A stretch of DNA of 63,618 nucleotides, filler included, from Dugesia japonica (lineage: Eukaryota), in NCBI GenBank assembly GCA_001938525.1. It is 6 parts of 6 records of this genome, joined end to end, with 100 filler letters (N's around TTAATTAATTAA, not from the genome) between each part and the next. Parts side by side here need not be neighbours in the genome. Positions count along the whole stretch, not along the records: positions 36,561 to 45,722 come from MQRL01584632.1; positions 45,823 to 55,098 come from MQRL01592240.1; 4 more parts are not named here. One strand, written 5' to 3'. The notes beneath the pieces were generated by a model, which worked only from the letters and a program-made list of their open reading frames with translations, had not been told where the DNA came from and ran no database searches. How positions within the stretch are numbered: the first letter of the stretch is position 1; every line of letters starts with the position of its first letter. Of this stretch, positions 36,635 through 49,980 are shown in pieces. A program made the translations under genes and the position numbers.

Positions 36635-39600
36635 GATAATATCATAATAGATTTTCCAGAATTCGTTGTCGGAAAACTTTACGATCATTCAAATTCGATG
36701 AGGTTTCCTTACTTGACATGATCGGAATTTCCGGAGTGCTCAATTGTCTTCTTAAATTAACTTTTTTCGTCGTATTGACAGGAGCTTACGGAATAACATT
36801 AATACTCGTTTCCAAAGGTTTATTATGATTTTCATAAAACCTCGTATCAATATTTTTCAAATCAGAAATCTCTTTATTTAAATTTGTTATTTCCGACAAA
36901 AGAGTAATTATTTTCATTTTGGTTTTCACAAATTCGTTTGAAATTGTATCCGTAGTTTCTTTGTAATAGTCCAAATCGATTTTACTTGGACTATTACTTA
37001 GACTATTCTAATCGCTCAGTGTTACGCTTTATAACAAATTAATTGTTGCCTCTAATTTTCTGGTTCTTTAAAACCATGTTTTTGTGATTCTATTCATATT
37101 TATATCTTAATTTATATAATGTATTGTGTATGCAAACAATTTGTTGTTGATTGGCGTTATCTGTCTTGAAGTATTATTTGTCATTATTGCGATTTTGAGA
37201 AATTCTTTTGTTTTTTTCTTCGGTTTCTGAAAGTGTATGCAAAATTTGTTTGTTATAGTCCAATTTACCTTTATTTTTCACTAATTCCTTTGAAATTGTA
37301 TCTGACGTTTCTTTGTTATGGTCCAAATTGAATTTACTTAGACTATTCTAATCAATCAGTATTAGGCTTTATAATCATCTACCCTGACTTAACTAAGCAC
37401 AATAATTTCATGTTCACAGAATTCTCGCAAAAGATACTTTAGTTTCTGAATCAGATAATATCGAAATAGAATTTCCAGAATTCGTTATCGGAAAACGTTA
37501 CGATCTCTAAAATTCAATGAAGTTTCTGGACTTGACTTTATCAAAATTTCTAGAGTGCTCAATTCTCTTCTTAAATTAACGTTTTTCGTTGTATTTACTG
37601 AAGCTTACGGAATAACATTAATACTCGTTTCCAAAGTTTTATTATGATTTTCTTGAAACCTCGTATTAATATTTTTTAAATCAGAAATCTTTTTATTTTA
37701 AATTTTTTAGATTAATATTTAGATTTATTTTGATTTTCTTAAAACCTCGTATCATAATTTTTCAAGTCATAATTTTCTATATTTAAATTTGTTATTTCCT
37801 TCAAAAGTGTAATCACTTACATTTCGGTTTTTACTAATTCCCTTGAAAATATATCTGAAGTTTTTTTTTAATAGTCCAAATTGAATTTACTTTTAACTAT
37901 TCTAATCAATCAGTATTGGGCTTTATAATCATCAACCTTGACTTAACTAAGCACAATAATTTCATGTTCACAAAATTCTTGCATAAGAATCTTCGGTTTC
38001 TGAATTGGATAATATCGAAATGGTTATTTAAAATCTTTTTATTTAAATTTGTTATTTCCTACAAAAGTGTAATATCTTTCATTTCAGTCGTCACTAATTC
38101 TTTTGAAATTATATCTGAAGTTTCTTTGTAATATTCCAAATCTAATTTACTTTGACTATTCTAATCACTCAGTACTAGGCTTTAAATTCATAAATTATGA
38201 CTTGACTAAGCACAATAAGTTCATGTTCACAGAATTCTTGCATAAGAATCTTCAGTTTCTGAGTCAAATAACATCAAATTGGATTTTCCATAATTCGTTT
38301 TCAAAAGCTTTACTATCATTTTAGGTCGATGAACTTTCCGGACTTGACTTCATTAGAATTTCGAGAATGCTCCATTCTATTCTTAAATTAACATTTTTCT
38401 TCGTATTGACAGGAGTTTATGGAATAACATTAGTACTCGTTTACAAAGGTTTATTATGATTGTCTTGAAACCTCGTATCAATATGTTTCAAGTCGGAAAT
38501 TTCTTTATTTATATTTGTTATTTCCAACAAAAGTTTAATCACTCACAATTCAGTTTTACTTATTCCCTCGAAAATATATCTAACGTTTCTTTGTTATATT
38601 TCAAATCGAATTTACGTGGAATATTCTAATCACTCAGTATTATGCTTTTTAATCATATACCCTGACTTAACTAAGCGCAATAATTTCATGTTCACAGAAT
38701 TCTCGCATAAATACTGGCAGGTTATTACGTCTGTCTCTTTTGAAATTCTGTGTAAAGTCTTTTCTTGAGGGTTTTCAATACAAATTAGTTGTTGGCTCTA
38801 ATATCTTCGTTCTTTTAAACCTTGTTTCTGTTGTTCTTTTGATGGATCTTTCTTTGTGCGGTTCTGATATTTGATCTACAGATTTCTCAATTATATTTAT
38901 TCTGGCTGATTTATAAGTTGCGTTGATACTTTTATTTGCACCGGTTTTACCACAATCCACACAGCTGACTTCGTTGACATTGATGACTTCGAAAATAGGA
39001 TTGCTGCGAAATTTTACTTCTTAGCAATGATAATTAATTTAATTATTTTAATTATTTGGTTCAATACTGTTTGGTAACAGAAAATAAAAAAATTAATTAA
39101 TCATTCAATAATATAAAATGATAATAATTTATATTCTAATTAATAAAATTTGATTTGTTTTAATTCATCCTTGTTCATTAAAAATAATAATATTTATTGA
39201 ATAAATAAGACTTTTAATTATGTTTATCGATAATAATAATAATAATTTCACAATTTTAAATAATTAATTCAAACATAGTAATAATAATGTTGGATTGCTT
39301 ACGATGCATCTTTGATAATCATATTTGATGCATCATTCAATAGCATAAAATGATAATAATTTATATTATAATTAATATAATTTGATTTGAATGCAAAAAA
39401 TTGTTTTTAATGGGCGCGATCTGTCTTGAAGTTTTATTTTTCATTATTGCCATTTTGAGCAATTATTTTGTTTTTTTCTTCGGTTTCTGAATCAGATAAT
39501 ATCGAAACGGATTTTCCAGAATTCGTTGTCGGACTTGACTCCATCAAAATTTCCAGAGTGCTGTAATTCTCTTCCTAAATTAATGTTTTTCGTCGTATTG

Positions 39601-40305
39601 ACAGGAGCTTAAGGAATAACATTAATACTTGTTTCCAAAGGTTAATTATGATTTTCTTGAAACCTCGTATCAATATTTTTTAAGTAGGAAATCTTTTTAT
39701 TTAAATTTGTTATTTCTTCTAAAAGTGTAATCACATTCAATTCGGTTTTCACTAATTCCCTTGAAATTGCCTTGGCCACCATTACTTTAGGCCATAATAT
39801 AAAAAGAACAATCTGGTGGCATAAATGTTCTAAAGCATTATATTATTTAAAGTTATTTAGTGATATTAGTTTTACTCTTCATTATATCAAGCGTTTGGAC
39901 TAATCCTCATAACCATCAAACCTGAACTATCCAGCAAATCAATGATAATTATACATAAAAACGGATTGATTTGCCCTTTCCTAAAGACATGGTGCCAGCG
40001 TAACTCATTCAACAATTAGGCCTTCCTTCCTAGTGCAGGAATCGTTGCAACTAGCTTTTCTATCAACAAAAGGTTTAATAAAATAATCTGATCAATAAGC
40101 CATTATTTTTCCCATTTCTTTGGTTTCTGAATCATATAATATCGAAGTGGATTTTCTAGAATGCGTTGTCGGAAAACTTTATCATTTTAATTCGATGAAG
40201 TTTCCGGACTTGACTTCATCAGAATTTCTGGAGTGCTCAATTCTCTTCTTAAATTAACGTTTTTCGGCCCATTGACAGAAGCTTATTGGATAACATTAAT
40301 ACTTC
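36635..40305 (-). repeat. Degenerate ~400-bp tandem repeat of decayed coiled-coil-coding sequence (about 6-7 partial units)
   Basis: Recurrent blocks GGAATAACATTAATACTCGTTTCCAAAGG (~36790, 37609, 38421, 39613) and TGACTTAACTAAGCACAATAATTTCATGTTCACAG (~37385, 37939, 38662). The minus frame reads EITNLNKEISDLKNIDTRF. Confidence 0.8.
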
Positions 40306-42260
40306 ATACCATCCAGTCTAGAATAAATTGTTTTTATTACTTTCACATAAACTTTCCACAGGTTTTGCGTCATTTGTATATTCATAGATAAATTTTCTGT
40401 AATAGTTTGCTAAACCCAAAAAATTGCGTAATTTCTTTAAGCATTTTGGTCTTTCAAATTCTTTAATAATTTTATTTTCTCTGTATCAGTTTCTATCCCA
40501 TTTATACTTATTATATGGCCAACAAATTTGATATAATCTTTCTTAAAATGACATTTTTAAACCTGATTGTTGTATCTTCTGGAATACTTTTTCTATGAAT
40601 TAATAATGTTTATCTGATTTTCTCGAAAATATGAGTATGTCATCTAGGTAGACAACTGCCTCTTTTCAATTCAATTCTCCAAGAACTTTATTCATAAGTT
40701 TCTGGAATGTTCCAGGTGCTGCTTCAATACCAAATGGCATCCTGTTGAAACAATATTGTTTATTTTTCGTGGAGAATGCTGTTTTCAATATGGAATCTTC
40801 CTCAAGCTCCACTTGATAATACGCGTTACCTTAATCAATAGTCGAGAAATATGTAGCGCCATTTAAAATATCTAGTAATTCATTCATGTTTGACATCGGA
40901 AATTTTGTTCTTTCTGCCACAGTATTAAGAGTTCTTAAGTCTAAACATATTCTTATGTCTTCCTTATTCGTTTTCCTGACACAGACTAATGGTGTATTCC
41001 GCGGTGATTCACATTCTTTAATAATCTCATATAATTCCATTTATTTGATATGTTCATCAATTTTTTCAATCAAATGTGCAGGTTGTCTTCTAGGATTCAA
41101 TGCAATTGGTTTACCCAAAGTAATGATTTCATGTCTCAATAAATTCGTTTTACCAACGTCCCACCTATGTTTCATAAAAACTTTACTTGTTGAATTCACT
41201 AATTTTGCAATTGTTGGATCCTCAAATTCTTTTTTGTTTTCTATATTATCAATAGTATTAAAAAAGGCTTTTCTATTGTTACACTTTGTTTCCAATATAT
41301 TTTAAGCCTTTAACTCTATATTAAACGCTTTCAAAAAATTCATTCCAGCAATTAGTTTTGGTGATATTTTATTTGCAATATAAACGTCAATATTATTTTC
41401 CGTTTATTATTTATCGTTACTAAACCCTCTATTTTTTAACGGACTATCGTTCGCACATTTTATTTTCATATTACTCTGCTTAGTAATCATAATGTGAAAT
41501 TTTTTAGGACACTTTGTTCAATTACACTTATCTTAACTCCTGTATCTAATAAGCATCTAATATTATTATTGTTTATATTCACGTAAACACTCGGTCTACC
41601 ATTCATTGCATCATATTTAATTATTAAATCAGTTTCATTCATCGTACATAACTCAGTGCTTAACTCAGTATTGATTGTTCATAATTTTTCATACTTATTA
41701 ATTGCTGTTGTTGGATTAAAACGTTCACTGGTTGTGAGATTATACAAATCATTTTTATTAATATTAGAAACATTATCAAAAAGAATATTCATTATTTATT
41801 GTATTTACATATTTAGATAAATTAAAATCAAACCTACAATCACATTCAATCTCATTCAAACAATTTTTACTCAGAAGATGACTTACATTTATTATACTTT
41901 TGTTACCTCCTCTAGTACAAAAGCTTTGGCATTTGGGTGTGACTCTTTATATTCATAATATTTATCATTTTGTTTTTCTTCGGGAAATTCTACATTTATT
42001 CCTACGACTTGTCTGGCAAATATTTCTTTTAATCCATATTATTGATGTCTAAAATGTCCTTATTTGTGACAATGTACGCATTTCACATTTAGACATTCTT
42101 GACTGCGATGTCCTATTTCTCTGCAAGCCCAAAATCTGAAACCTTCTGGTTTTATTTGATTGAAGAATCGAATTGATTGATTGAATCAATCAAAATCCTT
42201 GATAAACTGGTTAACGTCGTTTCCAATTTCAAACGTTTCTGGATGTTTAATGAAATTTGC
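40306..42260 (-). mobile_element. Decayed Gypsy (gag zinc knuckles, PR, RT)
   Basis: WACREIGHRSQEC and CVHCHK*GH (two CCHC-type knuckles, ~42045-42135), LLDTG (~41535-41555), ICLDLR.LN, RMPFGIEAAPGTFQ and YLDD (~40635-40655). Confidence 0.92.
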
Positions 42261-42554
42261 CAATAAAGTGGTCTCCATGTTAGAGTTATTATTTCTTAAG
42301 TTAAGAGAATTCATTGAAAACCAAGTTCTGATAAAAAAATGTATTTAAAAATTTACACAATAAAATACAAAAATAACAATAATAAAGCAACACATTTATT
42401 TAAGGATTTTGTCATCTTCTGGTAAATTGATTGATCATACGTAAAATGCAACATTCGAAATTTATCTAAACTATTTTTTTATTTCAAATCATTAAATTAT
42501 TATTTTTGAAACTAATTTAAATTCTATTTATTATATTTAAATTTGTAAATCTCA

Positions 42555-44030
42555 CAGTCACTATGATGTCAGTTATTTCTAACGTAAGTTTCTCATAGCT
42601 AGTCTGGCCGTTAACCAGCACTTAATTGAATTTCTTCACGTTGAAATAATTTTGTGGAAATATTTTTCTTTTGAAATCTTTTGTTGTTATTTGAGTAATT
42701 GGCTTCGTAAGATGGGTTTTAATCGACATTTACCTCCGCTTGAGTTGATTGATGGATTTGATTTGCATCACCTGAAGCTATGGCAATGTATTTAGCCATG
42801 ATGATTGCATCTTGGACTAGAGGGATCTATTATTGCTAATAGTCACTATGAGGTCAGTTATTTCTAACATTAGTTTCTCATAGCGACTCCCACCGTTCAC
42901 CAGCACTTAATTGAATTTAGTCACGTGGACATTCATGCGCGAACAATTAAGTTCAATCATGTTGTTTAGATTCAGTTTACTTGAGGCATTATTTTCATTT
43001 TTTTCTTGTTCTTATCTATGTTGTTCACTTGAGAATAACATCATACTAGTCTCAAAAGGATTTTTGGCCAATAGTTGAAAGCCTAACAAAACTCAACATG
43101 AAAGATATGAATAAACGTGACATAGTTGAGATATCTTCACAATTTTCTTTTGCATAATCGTCCAAGATGATCATTAAAATCATGTCAAAACTTTTTAATG
43201 ACCTTGCTTGTACTTTTTGAATTTTCATTGATTTCTGAATATTCGTCTTTTTCAAAAAAATCTGATTTATTTTTATTAACAGAAATAGAAATATTCGGAA
43301 ACACTTTTGTAGAAATTCTTTTCTTTTTAAGTTCTTTTGGTTTTTGAGTTGTTAGCTTCTTAAGGTGGGTTTTAATTGACATTTACATACGACTGAGTTT
43401 ATTGATTGATTTGATTTGCATCACCTGAAGCAATATCAATGGATTAATCCATGATGATTGCATCTTGGACTAGAGGGATCTATAATTGCTAATAGTCATT
43501 ATAATGTCAGTTATTTCTACCATTAGTTTCTCATAGCTACTCTGGCCGTAAACCAGCGCTTAATTGAATTTCTTCACTGTGAAATCTTTTTGTGGAAATC
43601 ATTTTCTTTTGAAATCTTTTGTTGTTATTTGAGTCGTTGGCTTTTTGAGGATGGCTTAATCAATATTTACCACCGTTTGAGTTGATTACTGGATTTAATT
43701 TGCATCACCTAAAGCTATGACAATAGATTTAGCCATAATGATTGCATTTTGAACACGAGTTTTTACGTTCTAGGAAAGAAGGGATTTATTATTGCTTATT
43801 ATTACTATGAGGTCAGTTATTTCTTATATTAGTTCCTCTTAGCTACTCTCACCGTTAACCAGCATTTAATTGAATTTATTCACGTTGACAATCATGCCAG
43901 AGCAGTTTGGTTCAATCATGTTATTTAGAATCGGTTTACTTGAGGCATAATTGTCATCTTTTTTCTTATTCTTATCTTTTTTGATCACTTGCGAATAAGT
44001 GCTTGACTTTTTATTGATTTATGAATATTC
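42555..44030. repeat. Degenerate tandem repeat, ~290-bp core (4 cores plus extensions)
   Basis: (AGTC)ACTATGA(T/G)GTCAGTTATTTCT at ~42557, 42841, 43494 and 43804; GATTTGCATCACCTGAAGC at ~42760, 43413 and 43696. Confidence 0.8.
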
Positions 44031-45766
44031 GGTTACACTACTATCATTCTCGTACCATGAAAGGAAGAGGATTCTCACCTTGTTTTTAAGTGGATAAGTA
44101 CTACATTCAAATAGTTGTTCATAATTGTTCATGCTCTACAAACACTAAATTCAGACACAGAAATATTCAGAGAATTTGCTAATCGTGAATTGGAGCTAAC
44201 TGGTAAACATCGCTTTAGAAAAGAGGTCAATTTCTATTACTATTCCGCCTCAGGATAAAGCTAATGTAGTCACTTCCTGGTGAACTAGGGTCTTTTATTT
44301 TTCAAAGTCTTTATTTTTGTTTTTCTTTTGTTTTTTCTACAATTCTATAGAGAAGTCACAATTTTAATATCATTAGACGCACAAAGTATAACCGCACGAT
44401 TTAAAGCATTCAAAGTTACAATCAGTCAGGTCTTTCATAAGGTAGTCAATATTTTAATTTAAAATCACCAGCATTTTGAAATATATCGACTCGAAATGTT
44501 TATCAATCCTCTTTAAATTTAGAACTACATATACATTACTTAAAGTAATTGTGTTGAAAAATGCTTTAATTTTCCACAAAAGGTATGTCAGCTGTTTGAC
44601 GACCAATTAGGATGAAAATTTATGATTAGATAGAAATTATAAAGAAAGATAGGAACACATCCATACAAAACTTATAAAAATGACTCCTTCATATTCATAA
44701 TGGCGGGTAAAGGTACATATTAATTTTATGGTCCATTTTACATCAAATTTTCTGGTCAAACTTGATATTGTTGGATGCGTAATAAGATGATAAACACATT
44801 GGTGTTGTTTTAATTTTAGTTAAATTTAAGGGTAAAAAGATATTAAATATTTAAAAATTAAAAACGTTTTGATACGTTTTGATACCATATCATAGAGAAT
44901 TAAAAATGGAATATATTTTACATATAATTATTTAAATACAAACGATACTGATAAAACAATTTTGTTGACACTACGGTCTATGGTTCTAATTTTCTTAGTT
45001 GAAATCATCATAATCGGGATGAAAATCGAAAACCATCTATACATTACCTAAGACTTATAGCGAAAAATGCTTTCTTCATATTGAAAAATAAAGAACAATA
45101 TAGTAGTGACATGTCAGCACTACCGCACCTAAATTCTTCGCTTTTAAAATCAATATTAAATCAAATACATGCATACTATGGTAACAAACGTGGTACTTTT
45201 GAACTCGTAAAAGCTTGACGAACGTAACTGCAAACTCGGAATTTTAATCTGAAGTGCATGTATTGAGCTATTAAAAATTTAAAATGTGAATGTTTAAAAA
45301 GCGCGCGCAGACTCCAATTTTTGTTATCTAGACTTGAATTTGATACCATTGGATAGAGAATTAAAATCTGCTTATAAGTATAAGTAGGAGAAAATACATA
45401 CTTTACGAGAAAATCATAAAAAAGAACAAAGGATTTTTTAAAAATATTTTAAAAATGAATTTTTGGTACCATTACCTATTACATCGGTCAAGTTTTTAAA
45501 ACAATTTGACCAATAAGTAGTGTGATATTCGTCATTTGAACTTTAAACTTGAATTTTAAAAAATGAATAAATTATAAGTAGATGAAATTATTTTAAAATG
45601 ATAAAAATACATTTATGTTGTTTTTATGATGCAGGTGTTATATTAAACTATATAATGGATTCTTAGTTTATAGTTATTATTATTTTGTTTATTATAGTTT
45701 ATATAATGGTTTCTATTTTTTANNNNNNNNNNNNNNNNNNNNNNNNNNNNNNNNNNNNNNNNNNNN

Positions 45767-45778
45767 TTAATTAATTAA
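45767..45778. other. Artificial scaffold-joining spacer
   Basis: N-TTAATTAATTAA-N. Confidence 0.95.
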
Positions 45779-45889
45779 NNNNNNNNNNNNNNNNNNNNNN
45801 NNNNNNNNNNNNNNNNNNNNNNGTTTTTCTCCCTAATGTATTTTTCTTTATAACCGACTGTTTGACCCCAACAATATTATCCGGAAATG

Positions 45890-46430
45890 CAACTCTTTAT
45901 GGAATACACCACTGATTGGTGTTTAGAAAAAGGAAAAGAAGGACATTAGAATATGATTGCATTTCAAACAATTCAATGCAGTAACAAAAAGACAAGCCTG
46001 TTCAATGCCTAATTTTGATGAAATGCTGGACAAGTCAGGTGGACCAAATTATTTCAGGTCAATAGATTTAGAAATGCGTGCTATCAGGTAGACTTTGAAG
46101 AAGAATCTCACGAAAAAACGGCATTTTCTACGAAGCATGACATTATTGTTTTAAAAGAAAATGGCATTTGGCGTCGACGTGGCACAAGAGACATTTCAGG
46201 AGATGATAAAAAAAGTAGTAGGCGGAATAAATGGAGCATTGGTTTATCTTGATGACATTCTGATATTTACGAAAAATAAAGATAGAATCTATGAAGTAAG
46301 TGACAGAGTATTGACGGAAATAATGAAGGCTGGTTTGAGAATTAATCCAGAAAAGTGTTAGTTTCTTCAAAGTGAAATAAAATTTCTTGGACACATAATA
46401 AGCAGGGAAAGTGTTAGAACTGATAAAAGT
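45890..46430 (+). mobile_element. Gypsy RT fragment
   Basis: WNTPL, EKTAFST, MAFG..TFQ, VYLDDILIF, LRINPEKC, KFLGHIIS..VRTDKS. Confidence 0.9.
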
Positions 46431-47333
46431 AATAGTGTATAGTACGCTTGACATGGGAATCAGTTTATAGTAATTGCGCAATTAACAATTTTTTAGAGGA
46501 TAAAGACGTGAGAGGAATTTTTACTACAAAACACAATTCAAAAAACACAAATCCACAATCAACAATAAACAAACCCCAGGCACAAACCACAATTTATTTC
46601 GTTTTTAAAAACACCCCTGTTGTAGGGGTATTAGTTACATCTTTTCTTTATATGTAATTACGACTTATTTTCTGTTGTAGTGGTAATGATTTCTGTTTAG
46701 GTGGTATTGGTGAGTATTCGCTTTTTCATAAATTTCATTTGAGCTACAGTGCAGGCTACCCTCTTGTCTTAAAAGCGTATTATACACTTTTGCTTTTCTT
46801 ACAACTTTTCTTTAGTTATAATTGCTCATTTTGTCATAATTGACCATTTTGAGGTTTTATATTTTTGTTGGTTTCTTGTTTAAAAGATTTTAAAAACTTT
46901 TTGAAATAATGGGAAATTTTGAATTAAAAATAAAATTTAGTTATTACTGATTTCTGAATTTACGATAAATTAACTTTTAAAATTATTTCAAACATTATTT
47001 TATTAGTAAAATCTAATTGCACATATAATGGTTTAGTGTAAAAATTCATAGAACGTTTTTGAAAGTTTAATTAATTGAAAACCTCATAAAATATCGATTA
47101 AGAACATAAAAGGTAATTAAATTTACAAAAATAAATTTCAAATCTAAGAAAATAANNNNNNNNNNNNNNNNNNNNNNNNNNNNNNNNNNNNNNNNNNNNN
47201 NNNNNNNNNNNNNNNNNNNNNNNNNNAATTAAATAACAAATATTATGAAAAACAAAATATTAAAAAAATCTTTTCTTCAAACTTTTAACAACACAAGACC
47301 GATATCGTTTTAATCTCTAGTCAATTGATCAAT

Positions 47334-48010
47334 TTAAAATGTAGAAATAGCAAATCCGAGGGCCCAGCTTAGATATGTTCCATTTATGCTTTTTGAAATA
47401 TGTATTTTATCACCCATATAAAACTTGTATCCTTTGAAAAATAGAGCCGCAATATATGACATATCTACGCACAAAAAATGTACAAATGGGCTTCCCTTAG
47501 CAAGACGATCCATTAAAGTACATTTCGTATATGCTTCACTATTTATTTTATACATGCTGTATTTAATTGTATCATTTTTAGATTTATTAGCCATAGCTGA
47601 GGATATTAAATAATAGAATGCAGAAATACCAACAAAATCCATATCCTCGTGGTACATTCTAATTGGTTGTATATTTGTAAGATAAGAAATGCCTTTTTCG
47701 TGGCAATAGCTAGATCTATTTCGGAGAGAAGTATAAAATCTACAGTAAATTGGGATTTCGCAATTACGATATTTAAATCTAGCTAGAACGTCATTATGCA
47801 TACATTTAGATCCTAGGGATTCTTCTCTACAACAGGAATCTACGCAATCCGTTGCATTGAAATATTTTGCACGTATTTCATTAATACCCANNNNATTATA
47901 ACCAGCAACATAAATATAATATTCCTTCCCGAATAATGTCATAGTTTTATCGGGTGGTGAATCATTTGTGGTTGCAAAATTATATTGTGTTTCCCAAATG
48001 ATGTTGCTTT
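47334..48010 (-). pseudogene. GDA1/CD39 family NTPDase (apyrase), C-terminal half, intronless, 5'-truncated
   Basis: YYIYVAGY..GINEIR, FVGISAFYY, FLCVDMSYIAALF..GY and C-terminal ACR5 SWALG. There is no C-terminal TM segment. Confidence 0.75.
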
Positions 48011-48157
48011 GGGATATAATTGTTGAATTTCTCTAGGCGAATCTGTCAATTGATTCTTTCTTAGACTGATGAGTTTGTTTAGCGTAAGGTTTTTTTTTAA
48101 TAAGGAAATTATATTTTCTTAATTAATTAGTAAAATATATAAACTCAACAATTGCTT

Positions 48158-48440
48158 TGGCAACATCAATTGGGAAACAGAATATAATTTTGCAACCACA
48201 AATGATTCACCACCGGATAAAACTGTTAGTATAACATTATTCGGGAAAGAATATTATATTTATGTTGCTGGTTATAATTACATGGGTATTAATGAAATAC
48301 GTGCAAAATATTTCAATGCAANGGATTGCGTAGATTCCTGTTGTAGAGAAGAATCCCTAGGATCTAAATGTATGCATAATGACGTTCTAGATAGATTTAA
48401 ATATCGTAATTGCGAAATCCCAATTTACGGTAGATTTTAT
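48158..48440 (+). pseudogene. Inverted partial duplicate of the NTPDase fragment
   Basis: Near-identical revcomp of ~47735-48007 (GINEIRAKYFNA.DCVDSCCREESLG..). Confidence 0.85.
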
Positions 48441-48656
48441 AAAATTTATATTTTGATTCTTAATCCTGATTCTCTTATTTTGTAAAATATTTCNNNNNNN
48501 NNNNNNNNNNNNNNNNNNNNNNNNNNNNNNNNNNNNNNNNNNNNNNNNNNNNNNNNNNNNNNATCATGTATCAACTTTTAAAACGTTGCCTGTGCCGTTG
48601 CTAACACGAATGGAATCCAATTCAACCTAAAGAATGAAGTTTGAACCAAATCAACA

Positions 48657-49980
48657 AAAATTGACGCGATACAAAATTTCAGAAAACCTAAATGTGTAAA
48701 GAACTTGAGAAGCTTTTTGGGAATATGCAATTACTATAGACGGTTTATCAATAACTACTCAAAGAAAGCTAGAAGCTTGGAAGAACTATGTCGAAGTAAT
48801 AATAAAAAACTTCGGTGGTCTGAAAATTNNNNNNNNNNNNNNNNNNNNNNNNNNNNNNNNNNNNNNNNNNNNNNNNNNNNNNNNNNNNNNNNNNNNNNNN
48901 NNNNNNNNNNNNNNNNNNNNNNNNNNNNNNNNNNNNNNNNNNNNNNNNNNNNNNNNNNNNNNNNNNNNNNNNNNNNNNNNNNNGTCATTGCATATAGGTC
49001 ACATGCAATGCCAGCTCATAAAAAAGGATATTATATAACAAGAAAGGTATTATTGGCGGTTTTCTATTTTTCTTTAACCATTTTAAACATTATTTGTATT
49101 GAAAAAGATTTGTGGTGAGATTAAATCACAAGGCGATAGCATTTATGATAAAGACAAACAAGTCAATTACTCGGCAATTTCAGACTTGAATGAATTTTCT
49201 TAGTACCCTAGATATGATATTGGAATTTAGACAAGGGGTGAAACACACTATTGCAGATATGCTGTACGCGTGTATAATGCTTAACAGATCATGAGAATCC
49301 AAAGGAAGGAAAAATAAAGACAAGAACAATTAATTGTATATCAGGCTCAGATACATATAAATGGCAAAGGTAGAAAAAATTGAACAGATAAAAAATGATA
49401 TAAAAATAAAACATGTAAAATGTTTCAATTAATAGAAGATATAATAAAAACAAAAGACGACAAAATATGGATCCCGTCAGAAAGAAAAATTCAAATGGTA
49501 AAATAAATTCATAGTTTATTGGTGCACACAGGCACGGAAAAAGTAATAAATTATTTAAAAAATGAATATGACATNTAGAGTTGGGGAGAAACTGTGTCAA
49601 AAGTAATTGAAGAATACACAGCGTGTATTCTGAACAAAGTAACAACAATTAGAACAAAGGAGGAAACTATAAAATTAAAGGCTAATGAATCATTGGCGAG
49701 TATTTATCTTGATAAATGTGGGCCATTCCGAGAAACCGTATGAAGAAAAGGATATATGTACCATAATAGATAATTTTAACAGATATATATGCCTAACAGG
49801 TCTAGTCAAACAAGATGAGGAATCAATAAAGAAAACGATTATGGATAAATGGATACTGAGATTTGGTGCCCTAAAAGAGATATATGTAGATTGTGGGAAA
49901 ACCTTCAAATCAAAAGCCTTCAAAGATTTGACAGATTTAATGAATAAAACAATTTGCTTTTCATGTCCATATCATCATGT
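48657..49980 (+). mobile_element. Gypsy RT connection, RNaseH and integrase fragment
   Basis: KIDAIQNFRKP..LRSFLGICNYYRRFI, VIAYRS..YITRK.LLAV, HSLLVH.G, IIDNFNRY, WILRFG..EIYVDCG, SCPYHH. Confidence 0.9.
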
